A DNA stretch of 64,000 bases from Labrenzia sp. (GTDB taxonomy: Bacteria > Pseudomonadota > Alphaproteobacteria > Rhizobiales > Stappiaceae), in NCBI GenBank assembly GCA_051805445.1, contig CP196552.1, positions 4,844,408 to 4,908,407 of the forward strand, in the 5' to 3' direction. Shown here one piece after another: positions 35,026-45,568 of the stretch. The position numbers were made by a program, and so were the translations under genes. The notes below the pieces were generated by a model, which saw only the letters and a list, made by a program, of their open reading frames with translations, did no database searches and was not told the origin of the DNA. How positions within the stretch are numbered: the first letter of the stretch is position 1; every line of letters starts with the position of its first letter.

Positions 35026-37236
35026 ATGTCTCGCGGGGGGACCAGGAGAATTACTTTGACCCACTCAGCTTCCTCATCCAAGGCCAGCAAATGGCCGTCT
35101 ATTCGTTTGTCATTTTTGATACCGGCGCTCATGGTTTTCCTGACGATCGGTGCATGTACCGCAGTCGGCGTGATCGGTTTCTTCAATGCAAGAGACGGTC
35201 TGCGCGAAGCCGCAGAGGGCGAACTCGGTATGGTCGTCAATGCCAAGTCGGCATTGCTGGAAGCGCGTCTTGCTTCCATTGAGAATGAAATTGTGAATGT
35301 GGCGACGGGCGCCGGTATAGGGGAAGCCTTGGTCAACATGACCAACGCCACCATGAACCTGGAGAAGCAGCGCCAGGAAATCTTCGACTACTACAAGGCT
35401 GGTGCCACCGCTGAAGAGCGCGCTCAAAAGATGGGCGATGACCACAAGTCCATGTACTCCTGGCGCCACTCCGAAATTCATGGCTCCTTCGCCTCCATCT
35501 GGAAAAAGGGTGGTTACGGCGACGTCTACCTCATGGATCCGAACGGCCTGGTCATGTACTCGGTTGCCAAGGGCGATGAGTTTCTTTTTCCGGTGACCGA
35601 AGTCGGTGGCGGCAACACAGGTCTGCAAACCGCTTTCGAAATGGCCAAGGAAGTTGAAGCAGGCCAGGTTGCGGTCAGCGACTTCGAAGTCTATGCGCCG
35701 GGCGGAAACTCCGCGTCAATGTTCGTGGCAGCTCCTGTCTTCGTGAATACCTTTGGCGATATCTCCTTTGGTGGCGTGGTTGCCATCCGGCTTGATGCCG
35801 GGGTGCTGGATAATGTGGTTTCCACCCGCGCGGATCTTGGTACGACGGGCCAAGCTTATGTCGTCAACGCCGAAGGATACACACTTTCCAACAAGCCGCT
35901 TTCAGATAGTGCGACAGCTCTAAATGAGATGAACAGCGGAGCCGTTGTTGCGTCTGCGCTCAACGGTGTTGAAAAAGCCGGCATCGAAGCAGGAGCCGAT
36001 GGTGTCGATCGTTTGACGGTCGCAAAGCCGTTGGTCTTCCAGGGACGTCAGTGGGCGGTTGTTGCTGAAAAGACCGTTGAAGAGACCTTTGCCAGTGTCA
36101 CAGCCATGCGGAACTCCATGGTGACATGGTCGTTGATCGCAATTGCCATTGCAGCTGTTGTTGCGATCTTCTTCTCCCGCAACATCACCAAGCCGCTGAC
36201 GACGCTTGTGGGGGCGCTGAATGCAATTGCGCAAGGTGACCTCAACGCCGAAATCACCGCGGCCCGCCGGAAAGATGAAATCGGTGACATTGGCCGGGCG
36301 GTTCTGCAAATTCGTCAGAACGCAGCCGAAGAAAACGAGCAGCGCGCTGCAGACCAGGCCGAAACAGCAGAACGTCAGGCCGCGCAGCGGCAGGAAATGC
36401 TGGCAAGCCTTGCAGGCGACTTTGAGTCGACCGTCGGGACAGTGGTCGACAAGGTGGCGCAGTCCGCAGCTTCCTTGCGCGAATCTGCCAACAACATGCG
36501 CCAGATGACCGAAAGCGCCGGCGAGACGTCGTCCAAAGCAGCCGAGATGTCGAAAGAGACCCTGTCTGAAGTGGAATCCATTGCAGCAGCATCCGATCAG
36601 CTGTCCAGCTCCATTCAGGAAATCTCGACCCTGATCGAGCGGTCTTCCAGCGTCGCAGCAGATGCGACCCGCCGGGCAGAGACAACCAACCACACCGTGA
36701 AGTCGCTTGCCGAAGCGGCCAACCGGATCGGCGAAGTTGTCACGCTCATCAGCGACATTGCAGACCAGACCAACCTTCTGGCGCTGAACGCGACGATCGA
36801 AGCAGCGCGGGCAGGGGAAGCCGGTAAGGGCTTTGCGGTTGTTGCTTCCGAGGTTAAGGACCTTGCAGCTCAAACCGGTAAGGCAACCGGCGAGATCCAG
36901 CAGCAGATTGATGCGATCCGTGGTGCGACGGATGACGCGGTCGGTGCGATCGGTGACATTCAGAAGACCATCGACGAGATCACCCAATCCGTCAGCGAGG
37001 TTGCCGCAGCTGTCACCGAGCAGAGCTACGCGACCCAAGGCATTGCCGAAAACACCCAGCGCGCTGCCGGCGGCACGTCTCAGGTCTCTCAGGATGTCCA
37101 GAACGTGTCGTCCCTGTCCGAACAGACCAATGGCGCGGCGACATCCTTCACGGAGGAAGCTGTTGCCATGGCCAGCCAGGCAGAGCATCTCGATGAAGAA
37201 GTGCGCAAGTTCCTGCATCAGGTGCGCTCGGCCTGA
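35026..37236 (+). CDS. Methyl-accepting chemotaxis protein with a large double-Cache-like periplasmic sensor
   Basis: About 736 aa. The start is uncertain: ATG at 35026 or TTG at 35008. It has a TM, a periplasmic region of about 300 aa ([17 protein letters not shown] ... [15 protein letters not shown]), a second TM, a HAMP domain and the signalling hairpin [34 protein letters not shown]. Confidence 0.9.
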   Translation: MSRGGTRRITLTHSASSSKASKWPSIRLSFLIPALMVFLTIGACTAVGVIGFFNARDGLREAAEGELGMVVNAKSALLEARLASIENEIVNVATGAGIGEALVNMTNATMNLEKQRQEIFDYYKAGATAEERAQKMGDDHKSMYSWRHSEIHGSFASIWKKGGYGDVYLMDPNGLVMYSVAKGDEFLFPVTEVGGGNTGLQTAFEMAKEVEAGQVAVSDFEVYAPGGNSASMFVAAPVFVNTFGDISFGGVVAIRLDAGVLDNVVSTRADLGTTGQAYVVNAEGYTLSNKPLSDSATALNEMNSGAVVASALNGVEKAGIEAGADGVDRLTVAKPLVFQGRQWAVVAEKTVEETFASVTAMRNSMVTWSLIAIAIAAVVAIFFSRNITKPLTTLVGALNAIAQGDLNAEITAARRKDEIGDIGRAVLQIRQNAAEENEQRAADQAETAERQAAQRQEMLASLAGDFESTVGTVVDKVAQSAASLRESANNMRQMTESAGETSSKAAEMSKETLSEVESIAAASDQLSSSIQEISTLIERSSSVAADATRRAETTNHTVKSLAEAANRIGEVVTLISDIADQTNLLALNATIEAARAGEAGKGFAVVASEVKDLAAQTGKATGEIQQQIDAIRGATDDAVGAIGDIQKTIDEITQSVSEVAAAVTEQSYATQGIAENTQRAAGGTSQVSQDVQNVSSLSEQTNGAATSFTEEAVAMASQAEHLDEEVRKFLHQVRSA

Positions 37237-37257
37237 TTTCAAAACTCATGACAAGTT

Positions 37258-37293
37258 GAAAAGCCGCGGGCAGGGTCCGCGGCTTTTCTTTTT
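37258..37293 (+). terminator. Rho-independent terminator after the MCP gene
   Basis: GAAAAGCCGCGG-GCAGGGT-CCGCGGCTTTTC is followed by TTTTT. Confidence 0.8.
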
Positions 37294-37368
37294 GTATTTG
37301 CCTCCATTTTTCCCTATCTGCCGTGTAAGCATCTTGAAGATTAAAGAATCGGGAAAAGGGAAGTGTTC

Positions 37369-38826
37369 ATGGGTCTGTTGGGAACACGTGCCAGGTCCGG
37401 CACGAAAGCCGTCGCCGCAGGTCTGTTGGCTTTGTTCTGGCTAGGTTCGGCATCGGCACAGGCGCAACAGCCGACGCCGGAGGATTTGCGTCTTGTTCCG
37501 GACAGCTCGGCCCAGATCAAGCTGTCGTTTGCTCCGTTGGTGAAGCAAGTTGCACCCGCCGTTGTGAACGTTTATGCGAGCCGCAAGGTGGTTCAGCGCC
37601 AGCAGGTGTCGCCGTTCTTTGACGATCCGTTCTTCAGGCGCTTTTTCGGCCAACCGAACGGTGGTTTTGGCCAGCCACGTGAACGTGTCGAATCTTCCCT
37701 GGGTTCCGGGGTGATTATCTCAGCAGACGGAACGGTGATCACCAACCATCACGTGATCAAAGGCGCTGATGAAGTCCGGGTTGCGCTGAATGACCGGCGT
37801 GAATTTGATGCTGACATCGTTCTGATGGACGAGCAGACGGATTTGGCGGTGTTGAAAATCCGTGAGGGCGGCCCTTTTGAACACGTCGAGTTTGCCGATG
37901 CGGACTTGCTTGAGGTCGGTGATATCGTTCTGGCGATCGGCAATCCGTTCGGGGTTGGCCAGACTGTGACGCAAGGGATCGTGTCCGCGTTAGCTCGAAC
38001 GCAGGTCGGTGTTACGGACTACCAGTTCTTCATTCAAACTGATGCAGCGATCAACCCGGGCAATTCTGGCGGCGCACTGATTGACATGACGGGCAAGCTT
38101 GTCGGGATCAACACCGCGATTTTCTCGCGCTCCGGCGGGTCCAACGGCATCGGCTTTGCGATCCCGGCGCATATGGCGCGGTATGTTGCCCGCGCGGCCG
38201 ACCAGGGCGGCAAGGTTCAGCGGCCCTGGCTCGGAGCGACGGTTCAGTTGGTCGGCGCCGAGATTGCAGAAGCCTTATCTCTTGACCGGCCAAAAGGTGT
38301 TCTGGTGACTGCGGTGTTTGACGGCTCTCCGGCCCACGAGGCAGATTTGCGTGTGAGTGATCTGGTTGTCGCAATTGACGGCAAGGAGGTGATTGACCCG
38401 AATGCATTCGGCTATCGTTTTGCCACCAAGATGATCGGCGAAAGTGCCGAGTTTACGGTCCTGCGTTCCGGCCGGGAAGAGACCGTATCCATCAGCTTGC
38501 AACCGGCCCCGGAAACCATTCCTCGCGACACGCGCGAACTTCTTGAGTTCTCGCCATTTGAAGGAGCGACCGTGATGAACCTGTCGCCTGCCGTTGCTCA
38601 GGAGCTTGGGCTCGACGGGCTGCCGGAAGGCGTGATCATTGCAGAGGTTCGACGGGGTGGTCAGGCAGATCGTGTTGGCCTGCGTCCAGGCGATATCGTC
38701 CGGGGGATCAACAACCAGGCGATATCCAGTACGCGCATGTTGGAGACAATCACGAAGACACCCCCGCGTATCTGGCGTCTTGATATCGAACGGGACGGTA
38801 AAGTGTCCCAAATCGTTCTGCGTTAG
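37369..38826 (+). CDS. Periplasmic serine endoprotease, HtrA/DegP/DegQ family (trypsin domain plus two PDZ domains)
   Basis: It has a signal peptide (LLALFWLGSASAQA) and a catalytic triad context (TNHHV, DLAVLK, GNSGGAL). The start is ATG 37369 or GTG 37363. Confidence 0.92.
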   Translation: MGLLGTRARSGTKAVAAGLLALFWLGSASAQAQQPTPEDLRLVPDSSAQIKLSFAPLVKQVAPAVVNVYASRKVVQRQQVSPFFDDPFFRRFFGQPNGGFGQPRERVESSLGSGVIISADGTVITNHHVIKGADEVRVALNDRREFDADIVLMDEQTDLAVLKIREGGPFEHVEFADADLLEVGDIVLAIGNPFGVGQTVTQGIVSALARTQVGVTDYQFFIQTDAAINPGNSGGALIDMTGKLVGINTAIFSRSGGSNGIGFAIPAHMARYVARAADQGGKVQRPWLGATVQLVGAEIAEALSLDRPKGVLVTAVFDGSPAHEADLRVSDLVVAIDGKEVIDPNAFGYRFATKMIGESAEFTVLRSGREETVSISLQPAPETIPRDTRELLEFSPFEGATVMNLSPAVAQELGLDGLPEGVIIAEVRRGGQADRVGLRPGDIVRGINNQAISSTRMLETITKTPPRIWRLDIERDGKVSQIVLR

Positions 38827-38839
38827 TCAGGTAACATGC

Positions 38840-40144
38840 GTGAGTGATCTGTTCGAAGCTTCTGGTTTGGCTGCATCTGCACCGCGTCCGCTGGCGGATC
38901 GAATGCGTCCAGCACGGTTGGAAGACGTTGTCGGGCAGGACCACTTGCTCGGACCTGAGGGCACGCTGTCCCGGATGCTGAAAACCCGGACGCTCGGTTC
39001 CCTGATCTTCTGGGGACCTCCGGGCACCGGAAAGACCACGATTGCACGCCTGCTTGCCAACGAGACTGATCTCGCATTCGAGCAGATCTCGGCCATTTTT
39101 TCAGGTGTTGCCGATCTCAAGAAAGTGTTTGAAGCCGCCCGTGCCCGGCGCATGGGCGGGCGGGCAACTCTCTTGTTCGTCGATGAGATCCACCGCTTCA
39201 ACAGAGCCCAGCAGGACAGTTTCCTGCCCGTGATGGAAGATGGAACGATCACGCTTGTTGGAGCGACCACGGAAAACCCGTCTTTTGAGCTCAATGCAGC
39301 GCTCCTGTCGCGCTCTCATGTGATGACGTTTCAATCGCTCAACAAGGAAGCGATCGAACAGCTTCTGGCACGGGCTGAGGAGGTGGAAGAGCGCAAGCTG
39401 CCGCTCGATGACGAAGCGCGTGGGGTCCTTATCCGCATGGCGGACGGTGATGGACGCTCCGCGCTCACGCTGGCAGAAGATGTCTGGCGGGCGTCTAGCG
39501 AAGATGAGGTGTTTGACGCCGAACGCCTGCAGGAAATCGTGCAACGCCGGGCCCCGATTTACGACAAGAGCGCAGATGGCCATTACAATCTCATCTCAGC
39601 CTTGCACAAGTCGGTGCGCGGATCTGATCCGGACGCGTCGCTTTATTGGTTTTGCCGGATGCTGGATGGCGGCGAAGATCCGATGTATCTCGCCCGGCGC
39701 CTGATCCGGATGGCGGTTGAAGACATCGGCCTTGCGGATCCCAATGCGCTGGTTCAGGCCAATGCCGCCCGGGATGCCTACCAGATGCTTGGCTCGCCGG
39801 AAGGTGAGCTGGCGCTTGCTCAGTGCGTGATCTACCTGGCGACCGCGCCAAAATCCAACGGAGCATACACCGCTTACAAGGCTGCGATGCGGGATGCCAA
39901 GACCAGCGGGTCTTTGCTGCCGCCCAAGCATATCTTGAATGCGCCGACCAAGCTGATGAAGCAGGAAGGTTATGGCGACGGCTATCAATACGACCACGAC
40001 TCGCCAGACAGCTTTTCTGGTCAGGATTATTTCCCGGAAGATATGGGCCGCAAGACTTATTACAATCCGCCGCAACGCGGTTTTGAACGGGATCTGCGGA
40101 AGCGCCTGGAGTACTGGGACAAGCTGCGCAAGGAGCGCAGCTAG
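38840..40144 (+). CDS. rarA: Replication-associated recombination protein A (AAA+ ATPase RarA/MgsA)
   Basis: The GTG at 38840 gives about 434 aa. LADRMRPARLEDVVGQDHLLG, Walker A GPPGTGKTT and Walker B LFVDEIHRFN. The ORF-track extension back to 38639 overlaps the protease gene. Confidence 0.93.
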   Translation: MSDLFEASGLAASAPRPLADRMRPARLEDVVGQDHLLGPEGTLSRMLKTRTLGSLIFWGPPGTGKTTIARLLANETDLAFEQISAIFSGVADLKKVFEAARARRMGGRATLLFVDEIHRFNRAQQDSFLPVMEDGTITLVGATTENPSFELNAALLSRSHVMTFQSLNKEAIEQLLARAEEVEERKLPLDDEARGVLIRMADGDGRSALTLAEDVWRASSEDEVFDAERLQEIVQRRAPIYDKSADGHYNLISALHKSVRGSDPDASLYWFCRMLDGGEDPMYLARRLIRMAVEDIGLADPNALVQANAARDAYQMLGSPEGELALAQCVIYLATAPKSNGAYTAYKAAMRDAKTSGSLLPPKHILNAPTKLMKQEGYGDGYQYDHDSPDSFSGQDYFPEDMGRKTYYNPPQRGFERDLRKRLEYWDKLRKERS

Positions 40145-40181
40145 AGCATCGGGCGGTTTGATGAAAACGCCCAAAGCTGAT

Positions 40182-41264
40182 CTATTTGTCGTCTGCTTCG
40201 TTGAGGCGCGCCAAGGCATTTTTCAACGAAGACACAAGGCTTTCACGCTCTTTGCTGCCGATTTCCGACGGCAGTTCGAAAGCAAGATCCTCAAGCTGTT
40301 TGGACATGTCCATGAGCTTGTCCGCCGGCTGAAAATCTTCCTGCATTTCTTCGCGCAGCACTTCAAAGGTTGTGATCGGATAGGCGATCCCCTTGACGGT
40401 GGCATCGCCGGTTTCCCGGCAGACAATGTGGTCTTTGACCTGTGAGTAGGTTTCAAAGGAAATCGTGATCGCCCCGGGTGCCGCCAGGCTTTCAAGGCGG
40501 GAAGCAATGTTCACACCCCGGCCGATGATCGTGTAGTCGAGACGGTCCCCACTGCCGAAGTTGCCAACGGTGCAGTAGTCCGTATGGATGCCCATCCGGC
40601 ACTTCAGTGGTTTGGAAATGCCAGCCTTACGCCAATCCGCCTGCAATTCGCTCATGCGGATTTGCATTTCAATCGCCATCCGTACACAGGCAAGAGCATC
40701 TTCGCGCACGCCTTTTGTCTCCGGATCCCCGAAAAAGATCAGGATTGCATCCCCGACATACTTGTCGATGGTCGCACCGTGTTTGAGCGCGATGTTCGAC
40801 ATCTCTGTCAGATAGTGATTGAGAAGAGCTGTCAGTTCTTCAGATTCCAGCCGGTCAGCGGTCTCTGTGAATTCAGCGATATCAGAAAAGAAAACAGTCA
40901 GCTTCTTGCGTGTCGAGGCAATTTTGACTTCCTGCCGCCCTTCGAAAATCGACTTGTAGACTTGCGGAGAAAGGTACTTGGACAGCTTCCCGGAGAGCAC
41001 TTCGAGCTTGGCGGTCTGGCCAGCAAGCTGATCCTCGATCGCCTCACTGTGCTCAATCGTTGCTTCATAAAGCAGGGTCAGGTCGTCCAACTCTGCCCGA
41101 AGGGCAGCATTGTCCTTTCGAAGCTTTTGCAATTCCGAACCGGATTTCGACCGCGTCTGCTTGGGCGCTTTGGCGCGGCCCTCCGATTTAATGCTTTTCG
41201 TATCTTCCATAAACGCTTGATCCACACCGGCGGTTCGCCGCGGTTGAATGGCTGTTGGCGCCAA
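40182..41264 (-). CDS. Class III adenylate/guanylate cyclase: soluble, with an N-terminal coiled coil and a CYCc domain
   Basis: The catalytic core reads KLTVFFSDIAEFT ... IDKYVGDAILIFFG ... RMGIHTDYCTVGNFG ... DYTIIGRGVNIASRLES, with metal Asp, Lys, and Asn/Arg residues present. The start is uncertain: TTG at 41264 or ATG at 41210. Confidence 0.88.
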   Translation of the reverse strand: MAPTAIQPRRTAGVDQAFMEDTKSIKSEGRAKAPKQTRSKSGSELQKLRKDNAALRAELDDLTLLYEATIEHSEAIEDQLAGQTAKLEVLSGKLSKYLSPQVYKSIFEGRQEVKIASTRKKLTVFFSDIAEFTETADRLESEELTALLNHYLTEMSNIALKHGATIDKYVGDAILIFFGDPETKGVREDALACVRMAIEMQIRMSELQADWRKAGISKPLKCRMGIHTDYCTVGNFGSGDRLDYTIIGRGVNIASRLESLAAPGAITISFETYSQVKDHIVCRETGDATVKGIAYPITTFEVLREEMQEDFQPADKLMDMSKQLEDLAFELPSEIGSKERESLVSSLKNALARLNEADDK

Positions 41265-41476
41265 TGGCCTTGCCTGTCAGCAATCTAAAACGCTGCAGAT
41301 CAATTTGCACGAGTTTCTAAGGGGAAAGCAGTACGCCAGCTCCGAAAAACCATCTGTGAACAGGTTTGAATAAGAAACGCCTGATAGATTCTTACGAGGG
41401 GCGAGGCGAATGCCAACATGAATGATACGGGCGCCGATCTGCGGTAGCATTTGGATAGAAGGACCGAATCAATCCC

Positions 41477-43867
41477 ATGAAGGAAGTCGAGCTCAGACTT
41501 GCGCTTGTTTTGTATGGCGGGGTGTCCCTTGCCATCTACATGCATGGTGTGAGCCGTGAAATTCTGAATTTGGTGCGGGCGTCGTCTTATCGCGCAGACC
41601 GGAAAACTAAAAACGGCGACAAGCCGGACAGTGCGCAGCATATGGCGCCGTCCCAGGCTGCCTATGAAGACCTCCTCAATCTCTTGTCGCCGAAAGCGGA
41701 CATTCGCGTTGTCGTCGACGCGATTGCCGGGGCCTCTGCGGGTGGTGTCAACGGGATCATGCTCGGGCGCGCAATCGCCCACGACCTGCCGCTGGACAGT
41801 CACAGTGAGATGTGGCTGAAAAATGCGGATGTGACCCGCCTTGCCCGGCCCCAGAACGGCCTGTCCCGATACTTCAAGATGTCGGTGTCACCGATGCTGG
41901 ACCGGTTGGTGTCTGCGCGGCTTTCCCGGCGGGTTGAAGATCCTGAAACACGTGACAAGCTGCGCCAGTTTATGCAGTCACGATGGTTTTCCCCGCCGTT
42001 TTCTGGGGAACGGTTCATCGGATGGATGCTCGATGCAAGCCAGAAGATGGAAATGAAACGTCCTGCGGAGCGCACTTTGATCCCGAGGGGCCAAACCCTC
42101 GATCTCTTTGTGACGATCACCGATTACAACGGTATCAAACGGCGCATTTTGCTGGATGACCCGGACTATGTGGAGGAGTGGGATCACCGGCGCATTCTGA
42201 ATTTCCATGCCTCGCACCGGTCGAACCATTTCATTGACAGCCAGTTCGACGAAAAAAGCATTCCGGAGTTGGTGTTCGCAGCCCGCGCGACGTCGTCATT
42301 TCCCGGGGCCTTTCCTCCGGCAACGATTGCGGAGATGGATCGTGTTCTCACCCGCCGCAAGGAACGATGGGCCAATCGTAACCGGTTCTTGTCCCGGGCA
42401 CTTCATCTCGATGATGACACGGCCTCACGTCACTGTTTTGTCGATGGCAGCGTGGTCATGAACAAGCCTTTCGCCCCCGTGATCGATGTCATCAAGGATC
42501 GCCCGGCAGCAAGAGAGGTGTCACGGCGGCTCTTGTATGTCGATCCAACCCCGCTTGAATACGCGGCAGAGGAGAAAGGCGTCACCGAACTGCCTGGTTT
42601 TTTCCGGGTTATCCTCGCTTCCTTGGCCCATATTCCCCGCAATGAGCCAATCGGGGATGATCTCAAGGAACTGGAGCAAAACAACCGCCGCAGCCGCTGG
42701 TTGGCGAAATTGATCGACACAGCCAACCCGATCGTGGAGCAGGCCGTGTCCGGGATCTTGCCGAGCTGGCGGGCCATCACGCCCGATGTCGTGTCGCGGT
42801 GCCGGAAACAGGCGACGGTCAAGGCTTTTGAACAGGCTGGATTTGCTTTTCTGAACTATCAGTCCTTGAAACTACATGCACTGGCAGAACGGCTTGCCAA
42901 ACTGGTCACAGCCTTCGGCGCAAGCCAGAACAGAACCCGCCAGGAAGAGCGGCTTCTCAACCAATTCTACAATCACTTCCTGAGTTTGACGTCTGACAGC
43001 CAAGATGAGCTTGGTAGAAGCGATCCGGGGGTGGTTGCACTTTTGAGAGGGCTGGACGTCGACTACCGGATCCGCCGCCTGCGGTTTGTCATTCGCAAGC
43101 TGAACGAATTTTACAGCTACGATCGCTCTTCCAAATTGCCGCCGCCAGATACCGCTGCCCTGGATCGGCTGAAGGGCCTTCTTTACGAGCAGGTTGATCA
43201 TTTGTCGTGGCGCTGGCAGGAACGATTCTACGGCGGACAATTTGTGCAATCGGCCCACGAGCTCTGTGCACGGGATCCCGCCTCCGCGTCTTGTGCTCAG
43301 TCGCTAGAACACATGATAGACCAGCTGAGCGGTATGATGGGGCTGGCTGATCTGGATCGGTTGCAGGACGAGCTCTTTTCCGAGGCGGCAGGAGGAGCAC
43401 TGGACAAGGACCGGCATCGCGCACTTCTGCAGGCCTATATCGGCTTCGGCTTTTATGACCTGATCACATTCCCGGTCCTGCAGCGGAATGACTTTTCGGA
43501 AGTCACGGAGATCCTCGTCGACCGCATTAGTCCGAAGGACGCCGAAAGCCTCTACACCGACGGGTTTGAGCTCAAGGGAAAACAGCTCAACATGTTTGGA
43601 GCGTTCTTTAACAGGTCCTGGCGCGAGCATGATTATCTATGGGGCCGGCTCAACGCTGCCGACCGGCTGGTCAGCGTCATTCTCTCGGCTGTCGGCGAAA
43701 CCACTTTGCCTCAGCATCAGGTAAACCAGGCGCGTGCACGGGTTTTTCTGGCCATTCTTGACGAGGAGCGGGAAAAACTGGCGAACATTCCCGAAGAACT
43801 CGACCGAGTGGATGCATTAGTCCGATCGATCTACCCCGACTTTGCCCATGTCGCGGAGAATGTGTGA
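41477..43867 (+). CDS. Large patatin-like phospholipase (patatin N-domain plus a long helical C-terminal region of the DUF3376 type)
   Basis: 796 aa. It has the oxyanion-hole region LVLYGGVSLAIYMHGV, the nucleophile motif GASAGG and the catalytic Asp motif DGSVVMNKPF. The C-terminal WREHDYLWGRLNAADRL is typical of the long bacterial patatin-related family. Confidence 0.85.
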   Translation: MKEVELRLALVLYGGVSLAIYMHGVSREILNLVRASSYRADRKTKNGDKPDSAQHMAPSQAAYEDLLNLLSPKADIRVVVDAIAGASAGGVNGIMLGRAIAHDLPLDSHSEMWLKNADVTRLARPQNGLSRYFKMSVSPMLDRLVSARLSRRVEDPETRDKLRQFMQSRWFSPPFSGERFIGWMLDASQKMEMKRPAERTLIPRGQTLDLFVTITDYNGIKRRILLDDPDYVEEWDHRRILNFHASHRSNHFIDSQFDEKSIPELVFAARATSSFPGAFPPATIAEMDRVLTRRKERWANRNRFLSRALHLDDDTASRHCFVDGSVVMNKPFAPVIDVIKDRPAAREVSRRLLYVDPTPLEYAAEEKGVTELPGFFRVILASLAHIPRNEPIGDDLKELEQNNRRSRWLAKLIDTANPIVEQAVSGILPSWRAITPDVVSRCRKQATVKAFEQAGFAFLNYQSLKLHALAERLAKLVTAFGASQNRTRQEERLLNQFYNHFLSLTSDSQDELGRSDPGVVALLRGLDVDYRIRRLRFVIRKLNEFYSYDRSSKLPPPDTAALDRLKGLLYEQVDHLSWRWQERFYGGQFVQSAHELCARDPASASCAQSLEHMIDQLSGMMGLADLDRLQDELFSEAAGGALDKDRHRALLQAYIGFGFYDLITFPVLQRNDFSEVTEILVDRISPKDAESLYTDGFELKGKQLNMFGAFFNRSWREHDYLWGRLNAADRLVSVILSAVGETTLPQHQVNQARARVFLAILDEEREKLANIPEELDRVDALVRSIYPDFAHVAENV

Positions 43868-43991
43868 CCCCACTCCAACCGCCTGAGCACTGCAATGGCC
43901 TTTTGGTGTGCAAGAAACCAGACGTCATGGTTGATTTAAGGGTCCGGTCCGGCAAAGACTGAAAGCAGATAACGGAATAGGGCGGATTGGT

Positions 43992-44375
43992 TTGTATCAT
44001 CTCCTACTGGTAATGATCGGTGGCGGTATTGGCGCTGGCGGAAGGCACCTGGTGTCGATGGCAACCCTCCGGTTGTTTGGCCCTGGATTTCCGGTCGGCA
44101 CCTTGGCGGTGAATGTGATTGGGTCGCTGGCCATGGGGCTTTTTATTGGCTGGTTGGTCAAGCATGAGGCCGCGCACCTGCAGCCTCTCAGGTATTTCCT
44201 TGCAACAGGCCTTCTCGGCGGCTTTACGACCTTTTCCGCTTTTTCCCTTGATACGTCGGTCTTGTGGGAGCGGGGCGATACAATGCTGGCCTTGATCTAT
44301 GTGGCTGGCTCGGTCGTGCTCTCCATTCTGGCGGTCTTCGCCGGTCTTGCGGTCATGCGCATTGGTGGATCTTGA
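43992..44375 (+). CDS. crcB: Fluoride ion channel CrcB/FluC
   Basis: 127 aa with 4 TM segments. LLLVMIGGGIGAGGRH ... GTLAVNVIGS ... GLLGGFTTFSAFS. The apparent start is TTG. Confidence 0.9.
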   Translation: MYHLLLVMIGGGIGAGGRHLVSMATLRLFGPGFPVGTLAVNVIGSLAMGLFIGWLVKHEAAHLQPLRYFLATGLLGGFTTFSAFSLDTSVLWERGDTMLALIYVAGSVVLSILAVFAGLAVMRIGGS

Positions 44376-44522
44376 GGCCATAGGGTTGCCTGCCTGCACG
44401 TTTTCCTTTCCTTTCGGCCCAAATCCGCCTATACGCGGCGGAATGTTTATTTTGCCTTTGCAGCGCCGCGAAGGCCCAGATCTAGCGCAGCACATTCAAG
44501 CTGCAGCTGAACGAGTCCAAAA

Positions 44523-45545
44523 ATGTCCGCGATTGAACAGAAAAAAGTGACCGCTGATGAGGCGGGCATGCGCCTCGACCGTTGGTTCAAGGCCCATTAT
44601 CCAGGACTGGGTTTTGGCCGCTTGCAAAAACTTCTGCGGACCGGACAGGTGCGGGTGGATGGCAAACGCGCGGAAAGCAACACGCGGATCGCCAAAGGGC
44701 AGATCATCCGCATTCCACCGCTCGGTGTTGAACTGCCGGCGGACGACAAGAAAAACGCCCGGCCGAAATCGACCAAGCTGATTGCCGACGATAAAAAGGC
44801 AATCGAGGACATGCTGCTCTATGAGGACAACCAGGTCATGGTCCTGAACAAGCCGGCTGGTCTTGCTGTTCAGGGCGGTTCAGGCTTGAAGCGCCACCTG
44901 GATGGCATGCTGGATGCCTTTACCGATCAAAAGGGCAACAAGCCGCGCTTGGTCCACCGGCTTGACCGGGAAACCTCAGGGATCATTCTCGTTGCGCGGA
45001 CCCGTCAGGCGGCTCAGGAACTGACCAAGGCGTTCCGGCATCGCAATACGCGCAAGGTGTATTGGACAATTCTGGCTGGTGTTCCGAAACCTCACCAGGG
45101 ACGGATTTCAACCTTCCTCGCCCGCGATGAGGAAGAAGAGCGTATGCAGGTTGTCCGCCAAGGCGGCGCGGATGATGCACAACACGCTGTCTCGCTCTAC
45201 TCCGTGTTCGAAAAGTCCGGCCAGAAGCTCTCATGGGTCACGATGAAGCCGGTTACGGGTCGGACACACCAGTTGCGCGCTCATGCAGCTCATATCGGAC
45301 ACCCGATCATCGGGGATGACAAATACTTCAACATTGAGAACTGGGAATTGCCGGGCGGTATCCAGAACCGTTTGCATCTCTTGGCACGGCGGATCGTCAT
45401 TCCGCATCCGTCTGGTCACGGTAAGATTGACGTGTCTGCACCATTGCCGCCGCACATGCAGCAAACCTGGAACCTTCTGGGGTTTGATGCGACGGACTAT
45501 GATCCGGAAACAGACGATCCGGATGAGAACGTCATCAAGCGCTAG
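44523..45545 (+). CDS. RluA-family 23S rRNA pseudouridine synthase (RluC/RluD-like)
   Basis: It has an N-terminal S4-like region (GMRLDRWF...LLRTGQVRVDGKR) and the catalytic motif HRLDRETSGIILVAR. Confidence 0.9.
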   Translation: MSAIEQKKVTADEAGMRLDRWFKAHYPGLGFGRLQKLLRTGQVRVDGKRAESNTRIAKGQIIRIPPLGVELPADDKKNARPKSTKLIADDKKAIEDMLLYEDNQVMVLNKPAGLAVQGGSGLKRHLDGMLDAFTDQKGNKPRLVHRLDRETSGIILVARTRQAAQELTKAFRHRNTRKVYWTILAGVPKPHQGRISTFLARDEEEERMQVVRQGGADDAQHAVSLYSVFEKSGQKLSWVTMKPVTGRTHQLRAHAAHIGHPIIGDDKYFNIENWELPGGIQNRLHLLARRIVIPHPSGHGKIDVSAPLPPHMQQTWNLLGFDATDYDPETDDPDENVIKR

Positions 45546-45568
45546 CGAAGTTTCTTTCATGCCAGAAT

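Noticed and set aside
40182-43867. The cyclase plus patatin pair could be read as a canonical CBASS or Pycsar defence operon.
   Set aside because: The synthase is a class III cyclase with purine-type Lys, not a CD-NTase. The two genes are divergent rather than co-transcribed. The lipase belongs to the long DUF3376-type family rather than the short CapV type. No Cap2/Cap3 or TM/TIR effectors are present. I keep it only as a hypothesis in the findings.
43868-43991. A fluoride riboswitch (crcB motif) would be expected upstream of crcB.
   Set aside because: I looked for the conserved GGnGATGG...CC and CTAATGA-type core blocks in the 124-nt upstream region and found neither. crcB here appears not to be riboswitch-controlled, or it uses a variant I cannot see. 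A covariance-model scan would settle it.
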